Shown here one piece after another: positions 1 through 12,490 of a stretch of DNA of 64,000 nt (positions within the stretch are counted from its first letter, which is position 1; each line of letters begins with the position of its first letter). The position numbers and the translations under genes were made by a program. The DNA is taken from the NCBI GenBank assembly GCA_013239625.1, contig MU056050.1, positions 92,337 to 156,336 on the forward strand. The letters are read 5' to 3'. Source of the DNA: Lama guanicoe (Eukaryota). The notes beneath the pieces were generated by a model. The model did no database searches and had not been told where the DNA came from. It saw only the letters and a list, made by a program, of their open reading frames with translations.

Positions 1-1830
1 AAGGAAATAGACATTGATGGCCTACTAGATTAAGATTTCAAAAAAGGAGTGATCAAAGTACGGAAGGAACTAAAAGAAATAGTGTTTAGAGATATAAAAT
101 ATGTCCAAAATGGGGGGGTGGGGTGGGAAGGTGCTGGGATTTCAAAATGTAGAATAGATAAACAAGATTGTACTGTGTAGCACAGGGAAATATATACAGG
201 ATCTTGCGGTGGCTCACAGTGAAAGAGAATGTGACAATGAATGTATGTATGTTCATGTATAACTGAAAAATTGTGCTCTACACTGGAATTTGACACAACA
301 TTGTAAAATGACTATAACTCAATAAAAAATGTTTATATACATAAAAATGTGTCAAAAATGAAATAGAAGCTATAAAGAAGAACCAAGTAGAATTAGTAAA
401 CTCATTTGCTGAGATGAGAGCTGACCTAAAGGCTGTATAAAGCAGGCTGTATAAAGCAGGCTAGATAATGCAGAGGAACAAATAAGTGACCTAGAAGACA
501 GGACAACAGAAAGCACCCAATCAGAACAGCTGAGAGAAAAACAAATAAAAAACAATGAAAACAAGATAAGGGACCTATGGGATAATATAAAGTGTGCCAA
601 TCTATGCGTAATAGGGGTTCCAGAAGGGGAAGAAAGAACAAAGGGGATTGAAAAGGTATTTGAAGAAATCATGAGTGAAAACTTCCCAAACCTAAAGAAG
701 GAATCAGATATCCAAGTACAGGAGGTTCAGAGGGTCCCAAAAAGGAAGAACCCAAACAAACCCACACCAAGACATATCATAATCAAGATGGCCAGAGTCA
801 AGGATAAAGAAATGATCCTAAAGGCAGCAAGAGAAAAACAAAGAGTGAGTTACAAGGGAACCCCCATAAGGATCTCAGCTGATTTCTCTACACAAACACT
901 ACAGGCCAGAAGGGAGTGGCAAGATGTATTCAAAGTCCTGAATGAAAAAAAGATGCAGCCTAGGATACTCTATCCAGCAAGATACTCTATCTCTCCTTTA
1001 GAATAGAAGGAGAGATAAACAAGCCACAGACAAGCAAAAACCAAAAGAGTTTAGCAACACTAAACCCATGCTAAAAGAAATATTCACAGGTCTACTCTAA
1101 GTAGAAAAGAAGCAGGATGCTACAAAAATGAGAAACTCATAACTGGAAAGGTGATAACTACCATGAATTACAAATAATAGAATAAACATAAAATTGTAAA
1201 AGAAGACATCTAAATCATTAAGAGTGGGAGAGGGGAGCAAGGAAAGCCACTGTGGAAAACAGTATGGAGATTCCTCAAAAGACTAGGAATAGACTTACCA
1301 GGTGACCCAGGAATCCCGCTCCTGGGCACATATCCAGAAGGAACCCTACTTCAAAATGACACCTGCACCCCAATGTTCATAGCAGCACTATTTACAATAG
1401 CCAAGACATGGAAACAGCCTAAATGTCCATCAGCAGATGACTGGATAAAGAAGTGGTGGTATATTTATACAATGGAATACTATTCAGCCACTAAAACCAA
1501 CAACATAATGCCATTTGCAGCAACATGGATGTTCCTGGAGAATGTCATTCTAAGTGAAGTAAGCCAGAAAGAGAAAGAAAAATACCATATGAGATCACTC
1601 ATATGTGGAATGTCAAAAAAAAAAAAGAACATAAATACAAAACAGAAACAGACTCACAGACATAGAATACAAACTTGTGGTTGCCAAGGGGGCAGGGGTG
1701 GGAAGGGACAGACTGGGATTTTAAAATGTAGAATAGATAAGGAGAGAAAAAGAAGGAGAGATAAAGAATTTGACACAACGTTGTAAAATGACTATTACTC
1801 AATAAAAAAAATGTTAAAAAAAAAAAAGAA
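1..1830 (+). mobile_element. LINE-1 derivative: disrupted ORF1 plus inter-ORF spacer joined directly to the ORF2 C-terminus, 3'UTR and poly(A); 5' end outside the window
   Basis: ORF 671..1006 is ORF1p-like (ENFPNL, PRHIIIKM, PIRISADFS); ORF 1373..1786 is the ORF2p C-terminus (MFIAALFTIAKTWKQPKCPS); A-tail at about 1801-1830. Confidence 0.92.
112..338 (+). mobile_element. 5'-truncated L1 3'UTR fragment nested in the ORF1 of the left-edge L1
   Basis: Same 3'UTR type as 1690-1815 and 57995-58192; AATAAA near its end; degenerate TSD at about 94-112 and 341-360. Confidence 0.8.
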
Positions 1831-2178
1831 TCCTGTTTCTCCAAGCTCAGCACTCACAATATCCTCAGGGCCAGCTGACCAAGTCCTACTCATATCTGAT
1901 CACAAGAAATGTTTCCCAAGCTTCCTAACTGGACAGCTACCCAGGAAGGGCATGACTTTGAGGGGTTAGAACAAAACCCTACAAATCTCTCTCCTCTTCC
2001 TTCTGTCAGCCTCAGGGGAAAAAGAAAGCAGAAGTCTTCAAAAGCAAAGTCACATAAATAGTCCTATTTGGAAATGACCAGAATGGGGAAGTCATTCAGA
2101 AGAAAGTCTAGAAAGGTCAGTTTTCCTGCTATAACTTGGGCCCTTTTACAATCTGAGAAGAGAATAAGGGAGCTCTGG

Positions 2179-2183
2179 GTTTG

Positions 2184-2214
<31 letters not shown>

Positions 2215-2216
2215 TG
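2179..2216. repeat. (TTTTG)n microsatellite
   Basis: Directly visible. Confidence 0.9.
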
Positions 2217-2744
2217 GCAGGTCTATGCTTCTGGTGATTTTATTGCTAGAGCTGGTGTGCATTTTGCTGACTGCTTTCTATTTATCTGGGAACATAGCAG
2301 ATGTTCCCTTATCCTCTTGGCTTTCTTGGGTAAAGACTGGTATTTCCTTCTATGAAATGATAAGGGAGGGAACTTGATAAACAAAAGAAAGCTCCACTCA
2401 AATACTAAAATGAAATGCCACTTAAGTTCTAGATGGCAACAAATCACTTAAAAATATACTCCTCAAAACCCACAACATACAACTATAAAGTCTCCAAAAA
2501 GGAAATACAAAAGATGGCTTGAACCTAGGGAAAGAACCAGGAGAGGTATAAGGGGTGTCCTTGCAGCCTTTGGAGTGGGGAGCAGTTCAATGCTGTAATA
2601 AGATAAAGAGATTCTTTCTGAGTCATGATTAGGAAGCCCACAATTTAAACCAGTAGAATAGGTAAATATCCTCAAATTAACTGGGGAAAAGATCTACACT
2701 GTGCTCAGATTTCCAGGTTCTCCAAAGAATCCCTCAAGCCAATC

Positions 2745-2950
2745 TCTGGAGTCAGACAGACCTGGGTACAAATCCTGTCCTCCACTTACCAGCTCAGTGA
2801 CTTTGGGGAAGTCACTTACTTTCTCTGTGACTCAGTCATCTCAACTTAAGAACGGCAATGACCAGAGTATTTCCCTCAGAGGACTAAAATGAGATGATAT
2901 ATGTAAAGCACTTAGCACAACGCTTGTAAGTGCTCACTGAATAGGGGCTG
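2745..2950 (+). mobile_element. MIR SINE
   Basis: MIR core motifs (tggagtcagacagacctgggt, aagtcactt, aatgagatgatatatgtaaagcacttagcaca). Confidence 0.8.
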
Positions 2951-3645
2951 TCATTCAAAAGTGAGGTGCCCAGAAATCCCTGAAGTGCCTGCTAGAAGCC
3001 CACAGTGTAGCTTTGGGCTAGGTGATTAGATTTGGATCCCTTCTCTGGGTTAAGAATCCTGTTTCTGGGTTTCCATAGCACTATGGGTAATAGTCAATTT
3101 ACCTTTTTGTCCCCACTACTGTCCCCGGACCATCCCCCCTCAGGTCCCTAGATTGATCTCTTAATGCAAGGCCTATGTCCACAGCTCCCAGCACAGTGCC
3201 TGGCACACAGGAACACAGAGGAAACACTGGCGGAACTGAAACCAACAGCCCGAGTCACCACTGGCTTTGCCAATCTCATTTTCATGCCTAGGGCAGTGTC
3301 TGAATGAGGAATGATGGACAGAGAGATGGCTCCATCCCCTAAACAGGGCCTTCCTATGTTAGAGTTTGCAGCAACCATCACCAGGGAGGTTACTGTTCCT
3401 ACTTCAGAAGTTCATTATAAAGTGAAAAGTCCTAAAATCAATATAGTCAATATAATTTACTTAGATATAAAAAAAATAGAGGCAGTCTCTTCAGCTGGAC
3501 CAATGCATGGCCCCTCTATCCCAGGATGACTTTATATTATAGGTGCTCCAAAGAGTGGTGACCCTCTTGTGCTAGGTTCAGCATCCCTGCATTCTCTTAA
3601 CGGATTGCTTTTTGTCTCTGTCACTACTGAAATTATCTATGCCCT

Positions 3646-4553
3646 GAAGACCTAAACAGACATTTCTCCAAAGAAGACATACAGATGGCCAATAGGCACG
3701 TGAAAAGATGCTCAATATTGCTAATTATCAGACAAATGCAAATAAAAAATACAATGAGGGGTCACCTCACATCAGTCAGAATGGCCATCATTCAACAGTT
3801 CACAAATGATAAATGCTGGAGAGGCTGTAGAGAAAAGGGAACCCTCCTACACTGTTGGTGGGAATGTAAGTTTGGTATAGCCACTGTGGAAAACAGTATG
3901 GAGATTCCTTAAAAAACTTGAGTTATCATGTGATCAAGCAACCCCACTCCTGGGCATATATCTGGAAGAAACTCTAATTCAAAAAGATACATGCACCCAA
4001 TGTTCAAGCAGCACTATTTACCATAGCCAAGACATGGAAACAACCTAAATGCCCAGATGACTGGATAAAGAAGCTGTGGCATATTTATACAATGGAATGC
4101 TACTCAGCCATAAAAAATGAAATAACGCCATTTGTAGCAACATGGATGGACCTGGAGATTATTATGCTTAGTAAAATAAGTCAAATAGAGAAAGACAAAT
4201 GCTACATGATATCACTTATATGTAGAATGTAAAAATAATACAAATGAACCTATATACAAAACAGAAACAGACTCACAGACATAGAAAACAAACTTATGGT
4301 TACCAGAGGAAATAGGGGTGGGAGAGATAAATTAGGAGTTTGGGATTAGCAGATACAACTATTATATATAAAATCAATAAACAACAAGGTCCTATGGTAT
4401 AGCATGGGGAACTATATTCAATATTTTGTAATAACCTATAATGGAAAAGAATATGAAAAAGAATATATACACATATATATATGACTGAATCACTACGCTG
4501 TACACCAGAAACTAACAACATTGTAAATCAACTATACTTCAATTTTAAAAAAA
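3646..4553 (+). mobile_element. 5'-truncated L1 (ORF2 3' end plus 3'UTR)
   Basis: ORF 3685..3912 is ORF2p-like; perfect 17-bp TSD gaaattatctatgccct at 3629-3645 and 4554-4570; same 3' end as 27120-27400. Confidence 0.95.
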
Positions 4554-5814
4554 GAAATTATCTATGCCCTTTTTGAACATATTCACGTTTTCCAGTCTAT
4601 ATTACCTATCTGGGTAACAAGTTCTCTGAGTTGTCTACCTGTGAACACAGCAGGCTTTAAAACAAGTTCTAACATTTTTTTCCAAGCTTTAACAAATGCC
4701 TCCTTGTGCTGGTGCTATATTTTACAACAGGGAACGAGCCCAGGTTCACACTCTACATACGTATTACTATTGCACTATAGAGTCCTAGACATCCCCAAAC
4801 AGTATCTAAACCAAACAAAAGTACACTTAATTCAACTAAATGGAGGTTTTTCAGTTTCAATTATTTTGTTAATTTGAAGCTGAAATTAGGTTGCCCAAGG
4901 ACTCTGCTTTTCCCAGCTGGCTGGTTAATTGGAAGCACCCCCAATCAGTCATGCTTTTATGTCCCCTTGGAGCATTCATGCACTCTTAGTCAATAGAAGT
5001 AAATTCATTATGAGTCTCCATCCTTTCAAAGGCATTGCCTTGGTCCCCACACTTTGCATTAACCAGATTCAAGAGTTATCCCACTCTTCTGTAGTCCAGG
5101 GTTTATGATCAGCGCAAATGCCTAAAAGAGCATTTCATCTGTTTTCCTGAAGTGCCTCGTTCAGTGCTCTGCCTACAGTGAATTCCTTTTAATTAAGCCT
5201 TTGTGGTTCTGTTTTTCTGTGCTTAGTCTTAGCTCAAAAGGACAATAGGCAAGTGCAAGTGTGGTAACACTATTTCAGTCTCATGTGATAACGAGGCAAA
5301 AAAGGGGAGGGGGTGTTATAAAAAATATTTTCTATGGTCCCACTTAGGAAGGCTGGAGAAAAAGAAGGGACTTCATCCTCATTACAGATTTGTGGCTGAG
5401 AATGCCCTTGTGCTAAGGAGTAGGACTAGGTAGGCCTCTCCCTGTGGCAGAGAAATGGAAAAAGGCACTGTTGATCAGGGGTCCATGGTAACATACTCAT
5501 GAGCCCCCATCTTCTCCCCAGTGTAGGTCAAGGCAATTTAGGACACCTGGGCCCTGTCTCTTTCTCTCCCCTTTTCTCCCATTATTCTGTTTCTTCTCCT
5601 CTTGTGTCTTTCCCACTCTCCCCATCTCTCCCATCATCGCCTGCCCACATAGGCCTTAAGCTAGCCGTGGGTACCCATGGGCTGCCAAAGGCCATCAGGG
5701 ACAGAGAGCCCAGCTACCTCATACACATCAGGAAGGTTCCACAGTTAGGGAGAGAACAAGACAGCATGAATGAGAGCAAGGGTCATGGAAAGTTCTTTTT
5801 CTCTCAAAACATAC

Positions 5815-5958
5815 CTGAAAGTCATAAGCCGAATACGGTGGCAGGTGAGGAGGGCTGTGGTAGTAGGTGTTGTAGGATGTCACCTGAGGACGGGCGTAGT
5901 AAGAAACAGTCGGGTGCGCATTCTCAACAGAGCAGTTCAGGGCTGGGAGGGTTGGGTT
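5815..5958 (-). CDS. TMEM255A: TMEM255A exon 9 (NPTLPALNCSVENAHPTVSYYARPQVTSYNTYYHSPPHLPPYSAYDFQ); the final exon is outside the window
   Basis: Inside ORF 5728..5988; tttttctccAG acceptor, GTATGT donor; 144 nt; Pro/Tyr-rich tail. Confidence 0.96.
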
Positions 5959-6009
5959 CTGGAGAAAAATACAAATTAGCGACAACATAAGTGTTTGTCA
6001 CTAGGAGGA

Positions 6010-6780
6010 CGGTTAAATAAACCATGGCCCATCCATAATACAGAGTACCATGCAACTCTTGATCAGCAATGATGTGCACCTATATTTGGTGAAAGTTGTC
6101 CAGGATATATGGTTAAAGTTAAAAAACAAAAACAAGCCACTGGCAAAAGTATAGAGACAATAAAAAGATCAGTGGTTGCCATGGGTTGGGAGTGGGGAGA
6201 AGGATGAGTAGGCAGAACACAGAGGATTTTTAGGACAGTGAAAATGCTCTGTATGAGACCATAATGCTGGATACATGTTACCACAGATTTGTCCAAACTC
6301 ATAGAGTGTACAACACCAAGAGTGAATCCTAAGGTAAACTATGGACTTAGGCTGACAATAATGTGCCCACTTTGGTTCATCAATTGTACCAAATATGCCA
6401 CACTGATGAGGGATGTGAACAGTGGGAGAGGCTGTGCCTGTGTGCGGGCAGAGGGTACATGGGAAATCGCTGTACCTTCCTCTCAATTTTGCTGTGAACC
6501 TAAAGCTGCTCTAAAAAAATAAAGTCTTTTAAAAAGCCACCATTTTATATCAATATACCACAATCGCAGTTTATGTATAAATAAAGATGCAAACAATGAT
6601 ATATGTACGTACTTTGTAAATGAAAATAAACTAATCTGGAAAAATTTAGGACAAACTGTTAACTCTGGTTATCTCTGAGGAGGGCAGGGGTTATTAGAAA
6701 GTAAATGGGGACTCTTCACTATTATATAGCCAAAGGTTTTACAACTAATATGTATTACTTGTGACATTTCCTCCCAACCT
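6010..6780 (+). mobile_element. Old L1M fragments (L1MC-like 3'UTR at about 6140-6530 within L1ME-like sequence)
   Basis: Typical motifs: agatcagtggttgcc, gtacaacaccaagagtgaatcctaa, ttttgctgtgaacctaaa. Confidence 0.75.
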
Positions 6781-9469
6781 ATTATTCTGAAAAATTCAAA
6801 CCCATAAAAAGTTGGAATCATTTATTTGTGAGTTTTCACAAAAAATAATTAAGATCCCAACTACAAAATGTCAAACAGACAAGGCTAAGGCTCTTCCTCT
6901 GACAGAAAGGTGATTGACCACAAAGGGTTTGTAAAAGTCATGAGGATTCCTGCAGACTCCAGCCTTGCTGAGGAGCTCTTGGGCAGACAATGAAGGATGT
7001 TCATTTCACATCAGCCCTAAAGGCTGGAGGCAAAACCCTAGCACAGAAACCAGAAAAGACCAAGCAGAGTATATTGATACCTCCGTTTCTGGGGGGCAAA
7101 CAAAATAATACAGAAAGAATTTAATACCACTTTTTATAACAGTGGTGTGTGGAGCCCCTCAAGGGGTAAAGCTAATCCTGTCCAGGATGGGAGCCCTGAT
7201 CTCAAGAAGGCCCGACCACCACTAAAGGCAGGCCCCACTGCTCATTAGTTCCCAAGCAGGACTGTGTTTTGTACCTTATGAGTGCCCCATGGGTCAAGGG
7301 GTAGGGTAAATGTTTTATTTCCATCTTTCGTGTCACTGACACCCTCTCCATTTGTGTGGATAATCAAGAACTGTCTGCAAAACCCACGCGTCTGGTTTCT
7401 GGTACACATCTACCTTGCATGAACGGAGAGCAGAAGCTTCCTCTCAAGTGATGAAAATGTGTGGGCAGGCTTTGGCAATGGCACAGGCAACCATGTTGGG
7501 GTGTTGGCAGAGGAAACTCCTTGAGAGCAAGTTTCAACACAGTCTGTTGCTCTCTTCCTTCGAGTGGGTTACTGTTTACATCTCTAGGTTTGAAGAGCTA
7601 CAAACCTCAGTCATTATGATGCTGCTCACAGACAACCAGAGAAATGTTCTCAGCCTCTCTGGTGTGTGGGAGACGGCTGCGATCTTGACCATTCCAAGGG
7701 CTGGCTCGCTTTACAGAGGCAGAGTGCTCAGAAGTGTCCTTACCCCTCCACCAGGATTCTAAGATGAAATGTAATCCTGGAGGAAGCTCCAGAAATCATG
7801 TTCCCTTGGCCATGTGTCAATTAAAAATATACCCTCCAGCAATTCTTGCAAAGCAAAACCAGTTCTTCTACACAAATAAACTAAGCCTAACCATAGAGAA
7901 AGAATCACGCCATGTAAACTGTATCTATAAAGGCTTGTGTATGTGCAGTGAGGCCGGGGGGCCAGGATCATCTCTGAAAGGAAGCTGACTATTATAGAGA
8001 AAGAAACACAGGAGGAAGACTGAATAAGTACAGGAAAGTCACAGAAGAGAAGTGCAGAGGACGTGGAGAAAACCGACCGGACGCCAGGAGAGGTCGAGGG
8101 AGTGAAGAGGTGGGCAGGGAAGGAGCAAAGGGACCGTCCCGAATAATGGCCTGGTCCTGTTTTACATCAGTAATTCTGGTTTCACAATAAATGTGGGCTC
8201 TATTTGTGTGTGTGCACATAGGAGTGTATTTTTGTACAAATTCTGGGGCTTAAGTTATGAGATCCCCATTTTGGGTCAGCAGCATTCTGAGAGCCAGGGC
8301 AACAGGTGACCAGGTGGCACAGGGATCGGTGAGAGCAGTCTGGCCTGGGCTAAGCGGAGTCTCTGCTGAGACAGTGGCGGCGGACTTTGGAAAGAATGCC
8401 ACTTCACTGTAAGCCAAAGACACCAAGTAGGAGAAAACGGCCAGACAGAATCTCTTTTTCAAGAGTCATCTCAAAGTCTTCTGTCTTTGGGCAGCAGACA
8501 TTTCGGCCATCAAACATTTCTTCCAGAGCCTTTTCCCCACACCCCTCTGGTCAGGAACGAAGACCGCCTTCCTCCTTTCGGGTTCCTGCCACTCTGGAGA
8601 TGGCGTCCCCTCATTGACCCCGTTGAAGGCTGTGGACTCATGGCCCTGGGCACCTGCCCTCCCTCCTTGGGAAGGCCTTTCATCAGCCTGCACCCCCAGC
8701 CTCCCTGAGGCCCCCAGGGCATTCCGCCCAGGAAGGAGGTGCCTCACGAGCCACCACGCACATCTGGACCTAGGCCAAAGGTTTTATGTGGGCCTACCTG
8801 GTTGCTGTCCCAGGATTTTCGACGCCATGTCTTGTTTTAATAAAGTCATCTAGGCAGGGCTTCCTCCTTGGAGGCCCCATCTTCTAACTCCCACTCATCC
8901 CCTCACCTCATGAATCTACTCTCTCGCCCCTGCTCTTCACCTTCATCTTTCTCCAAAGATGCCCCAACCCAGAAACAGCTCTCTCACCCCAAAGCTCCTG
9001 CAGGCCCAAACATCGTGCTCCCTCTGAGGGGCCCACCTACCTTGATGCCTCCCCCACTGCTCAGTGCTCGGGCTTCCCAGGTGGGAGGAGGGGCGTGGGA
9101 AGGAGAAACGTGTGGATGAGAGCCAGAGAGAAAAAAGAGAAAGACAGACAGGGCTGAGCAGGAAGGCTTTACCTTGACTGACGGTCACCAGCAGGAACAC
9201 TCAATACCTCCAGTCAGCGCGGGTCCGCTGACCACTTGCTGCCCCAAACTGAGGAGTTCTTTCCTTCCCTTGACCTACCCACCTTTCACTCTCCCTTACT
9301 CATCCTCTCGACAGGCCAGCCTTTCACGTTCCTGTTCTTCAGCAACCCCGAAATGGGACAGGAAAAGCCAAGGGCCTAGGCGTTATCTGCCTCATTTCTG
9401 GGGTGAAAATAAAATCCTTTTTAGGCACAAAATAATTTCTTCGACACACGTGGGAGATTTCTTTAAAGC

Positions 9470-9655
9470 AGCCGTGCTGCACCACGGCCGCAGACTGCAG
9501 TCACCTGGCAGAGGGCTTTTACAAAAGTATTGAGGCCTGGGCTTAAATGTAGACCGATTGATCCAGCATCTCTGGAGGAGTGGCCAGGCACTTTTTTTTA
9601 CAGCACCTCAGGTGATTCCATTTAATCTGAAGTCAGGTTGATAACCATTGCTCTA
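9470..9655. mobile_element. MER5A-like hAT-Charlie relic
   Basis: cacctgg, cagcatctctgg, caggtgattc and ggttgataaccattgctcta resemble MER5A. Confidence 0.55.
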
Positions 9656-10391
9656 AAGCGACTATCTCCATAATGAGGTCAAGATTTATTAAATAAGCAA
9701 ATAAATGCTTTGAAATGCTTTAAAAGCAAAGGAAGGCACCTACTATTACAGAACACCTCCTGGGTGCTGAGTCCTGGGGCGCCTTTGCAGACACACACGC
9801 CAATACGGAAAAGAGTTGAGGAGGAGGGTAGGGGACCCTGGGAGGCTGAGACTGAGGTTGAGGCTGAGGACAAGGTCTGACAAGCAGCTTAGCCTAGGGC
9901 TGGCCCTTCGCAGGCAGAAGGAGTCCCAAGGCTCTTTCTGGACAAGGTCCAGGATGAAATTCCTGGGGAGGGGGAGACTAGCAGTACTCTTACCTGTAGC
10001 TAAAAACGTCTTCCTTCCATCTCTCCCAAAGTCTGTTAGTGGAAAAACCACCCAAAAAGGTTTCTACTACAAGTGTGTGTGTGGGTGGAGGTGGGTGGTA
10101 ATGAAAAGCTATGTTTACATAATCAGCATGAACCCCACCTGCCCCCAGAAGGTGCCTCAGGAACATAGACAACTCATGTTAACGAGAAGTCTTAGCAGAC
10201 TGATGACATGAACTGGCTCCTTTGACTTGAGATGTCTGAGATGTCTGAAGGCAGCTACATTCTTGAAGCAACGTCTTCTGTTCTCCTAACTTCAAAACAT
10301 GGGTCGCCAATGCCCCCGACCGCCTAGCCTCGCCCGGCCCTGATGGGAGGGAGGGGGCCCCTGCAGAATGAGAAGTCACTTCCTTCCTTAC

Positions 10392-10554
10392 CATGTCCTT
10401 AAAGCCCCCCAAGACGGCAGCAGTGATGATGCCCAGAAATAGGCCGACGATGTTGAGGATGGTAGCGGACCAGAGCAGGTGGTAGAGGTGGATGATGTCC
10501 TGGCAGCTGCTGACGTCGATGTATTCGTAGTAGCCACCGGTGATCTCCACCCGG
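10392..10554 (-). CDS. TMEM255A: TMEM255A exon 8 (RVEITGGYYEYIDVSSCQDIIHLYHLLWSATILNIVGLFLGIITAAVLGGFKDM)
   Basis: Inside ORF 10179..10697; gcgcAG acceptor, GTAAGG donor; 163 nt restores phase 0; last hydrophobic segment. Confidence 0.97.
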
Positions 10555-10809
10555 CTGCGCAGGGAGAAGCACACTCCAGTCAGTCCCCAGGGAGCAGACT
10601 GGCCCCTAGGGTTTCGGCTACCACGCATGCAGCTCAGGGAAAAGACAGGTGGGCGGGTGGGGAGCCATTGCGAGGGACATCGTAGCCAAGTATGCACTCA
10701 GGGAGCAAGACACTATAATCTATCAAAGCTTAATGGCTGTTTACCCAAAAAAAATCCCTCCTACCTGGCTGAGAAACACTTGTTACCATCACTACTGCTA
10801 ATGCTAGAT

Positions 10810-11230
10810 GACAATTATTGACACTTGCTGCGTGCCAGGTTCGGGGCTAAGTATTTTCCATGGTGGATTCATTTAATCTGTGCTAATACGGCCGCTACTA
10901 GTCACAGGTGGCGATTTACATTGACATTAAATAAAATTAAATTTTAAAATTCAGTTTTTTGGTCTCACCAGCCACATGTTAAGTGCTCCACAGCCATACT
11001 CATGGCTGGTTACTGTCCTGGACAGAGCAGATTACAGAACATTTCCATCCTCACAGAAGGTTCTATTAGGCAGCACTGCAAATCCTTTCAGTGTTCTATG
11101 AGGCAGGTACTACCACCCTTCCCGTTTTACAGATGAAGAAACTGAAGCACAGAGAGGTTAGGAACTTGCTCAAGTCCTAAGTGGTAGAGCTGGGATCTGA
11201 ATTCAGACTTCAACAATTTCAATGTTTCTG
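10810..11230 (-). mobile_element. MIR interrupted by a MER3 element
   Basis: MIR motifs on both sides (attcatttaatc; ttttacagatgaagaaactgaagcacagagaggtta). Confidence 0.75.
10878..11079 (-). mobile_element. MER3-like hAT-Charlie MITE
   Basis: About 200 bp, AT-rich centre, end agaacatttccatc...gttctattaggcagcactg matches the recalled MER3 consensus. Confidence 0.75.
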
Positions 11231-11397
11231 CTCTCAAAACAAACCACCAAGAAACAAAAAACAGTATTCCAATAAAGAACTAAAGCTGAGTTCCTGCACA
11301 AAATCTGCTTATCACCTCCTTGGAGAGGACTTCCCTGATCACTCTGTCCAAAGACACCCCAACCCCACCCAGCCCAGTCACTCTCGATCCCATGACT

Positions 11398-11780
11398 TGC
11401 TATGAACTGACTTGTGTCCCCCTCCAAAATTCATATATTGAAGCCCTAACTCTCAAGGTGACTGTATTTAGCAAAGGGCTTTTAGGAGGTAATTAAGGTT
11501 AGCTGAGGTCATAAGGATGAGGCCCTAATCCGACAGGATTGGTGGCTTTACAAAAAGAGGAAGAGTGATGTCTCCACACGCATGCACACTCTGAGGAAAG
11601 GCCACGTGAGGACATGGCCACAAGGTGGCTGTCTGCAAGCTGGGAAGAGGGCTGTCACCAGACCCTGACTGTGCTGATCTCAGACTTCCAGTCCCAAGAA
11701 TTATGAGAAAATAAAGATCTATTCTTTAAGCCACCCAGTCTATGGTATTTTTGTTACGGCAGCTCCAGCTGACTCACACA
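11398..11780 (+). mobile_element. MLT1A-like MaLR solo LTR inserted in an L2 relic
   Basis: TG...CA ends; aaattcatatattgaagccctaa, gaggaaaggccacgtgaggaca, ttaagccacccagtctatggtattt. Confidence 0.85.
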
Positions 11781-12204
11781 TTTCCCTTCCCTAATTCTTC
11801 CATAGCATGTCTGCTTCCTCACTGTCTGGCCCCCAGTCCCAACTTGAATGTGATCTCTGTGAGGGCAAGGACTTGGTTTGTTTTGTTCACTGCTGTGCTA
11901 TAGAAATACCTGTTAAATTAATAAATGAAAGTTCCTGTCTTCCTGGATGTTGTAAACAAGTTTACAACTTGGCCACTGGAATCAGTAACAAATCTCAAAC
12001 ACTGTGATTCTTAAAATTAAAGTCACCACCCAATGCCCTGATGTCAGAAAGGTTGTTACATGTGACTCCCCTGCTATAAGAACACCAAAAATGAAAAAGA
12101 AAAAAAAATTAAAAGTTAACCTCCATGATGAAGCTGGGAGGGATTATTCACACAAGAAAAGACTTTGAAACTTTGCGGATGAATTACCTTAGAATTCTTT
12201 AAAG

Positions 12205-12490
12205 CCAGTATTCCTCTAAGGACTTGAAATCAGGTGGTTACAGGACAGCCTGCATCAGAATCATCTGTGTTAGTGTGTCTGTGTGCCTGCTTGTGTGTGT
12301 CAGTGCGTTATTTGTGTGTGCCTGTGGTGTCTCTGTGGGTCTGTGTACGTGTGCACGCCTCTTTGAGAAAGAGATGGTTAAACAGGCAGATTCCCAGGCC
12401 CAGCCCCAGTCCTACTAATAAATCTGGCAGAATCTCTTGGGATGAGGCTTTGGAATCTGTGTTAACAAACTCATTTGAGACCCACTGTTT
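12205..12490. mobile_element. MER5-like relic interrupted by a degenerate (TG)n tract
   Basis: cctgcatcagaatcatctg, gcagattcccaggccc, tttgagacccactg; TG-rich at 12266-12356. Confidence 0.55.

Noticed and set aside
1826..3066. 15-bp direct repeat aagaatcctgtttct at 1826-1840 and 3052-3066 as the TSD of an insertion
   Set aside because: There is no poly(A) or element ends next to the second copy, and the intervening DNA contains an old MIR; most likely coincidence.
1..5800. TMEM255A terminal exon (recalled HSGVFPSSPP...PPPYSP)
   Set aside because: I looked for it on the minus strand and did not find it; it most likely lies beyond the left edge, so the gene is not called truncated.
7400..9540. 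Cluster of 70-120 aa ORFs in intron 8 as a nested gene or processed pseudogene
   Set aside because: No recognisable protein similarity, consistent exon chain, or poly(A) with TSD.
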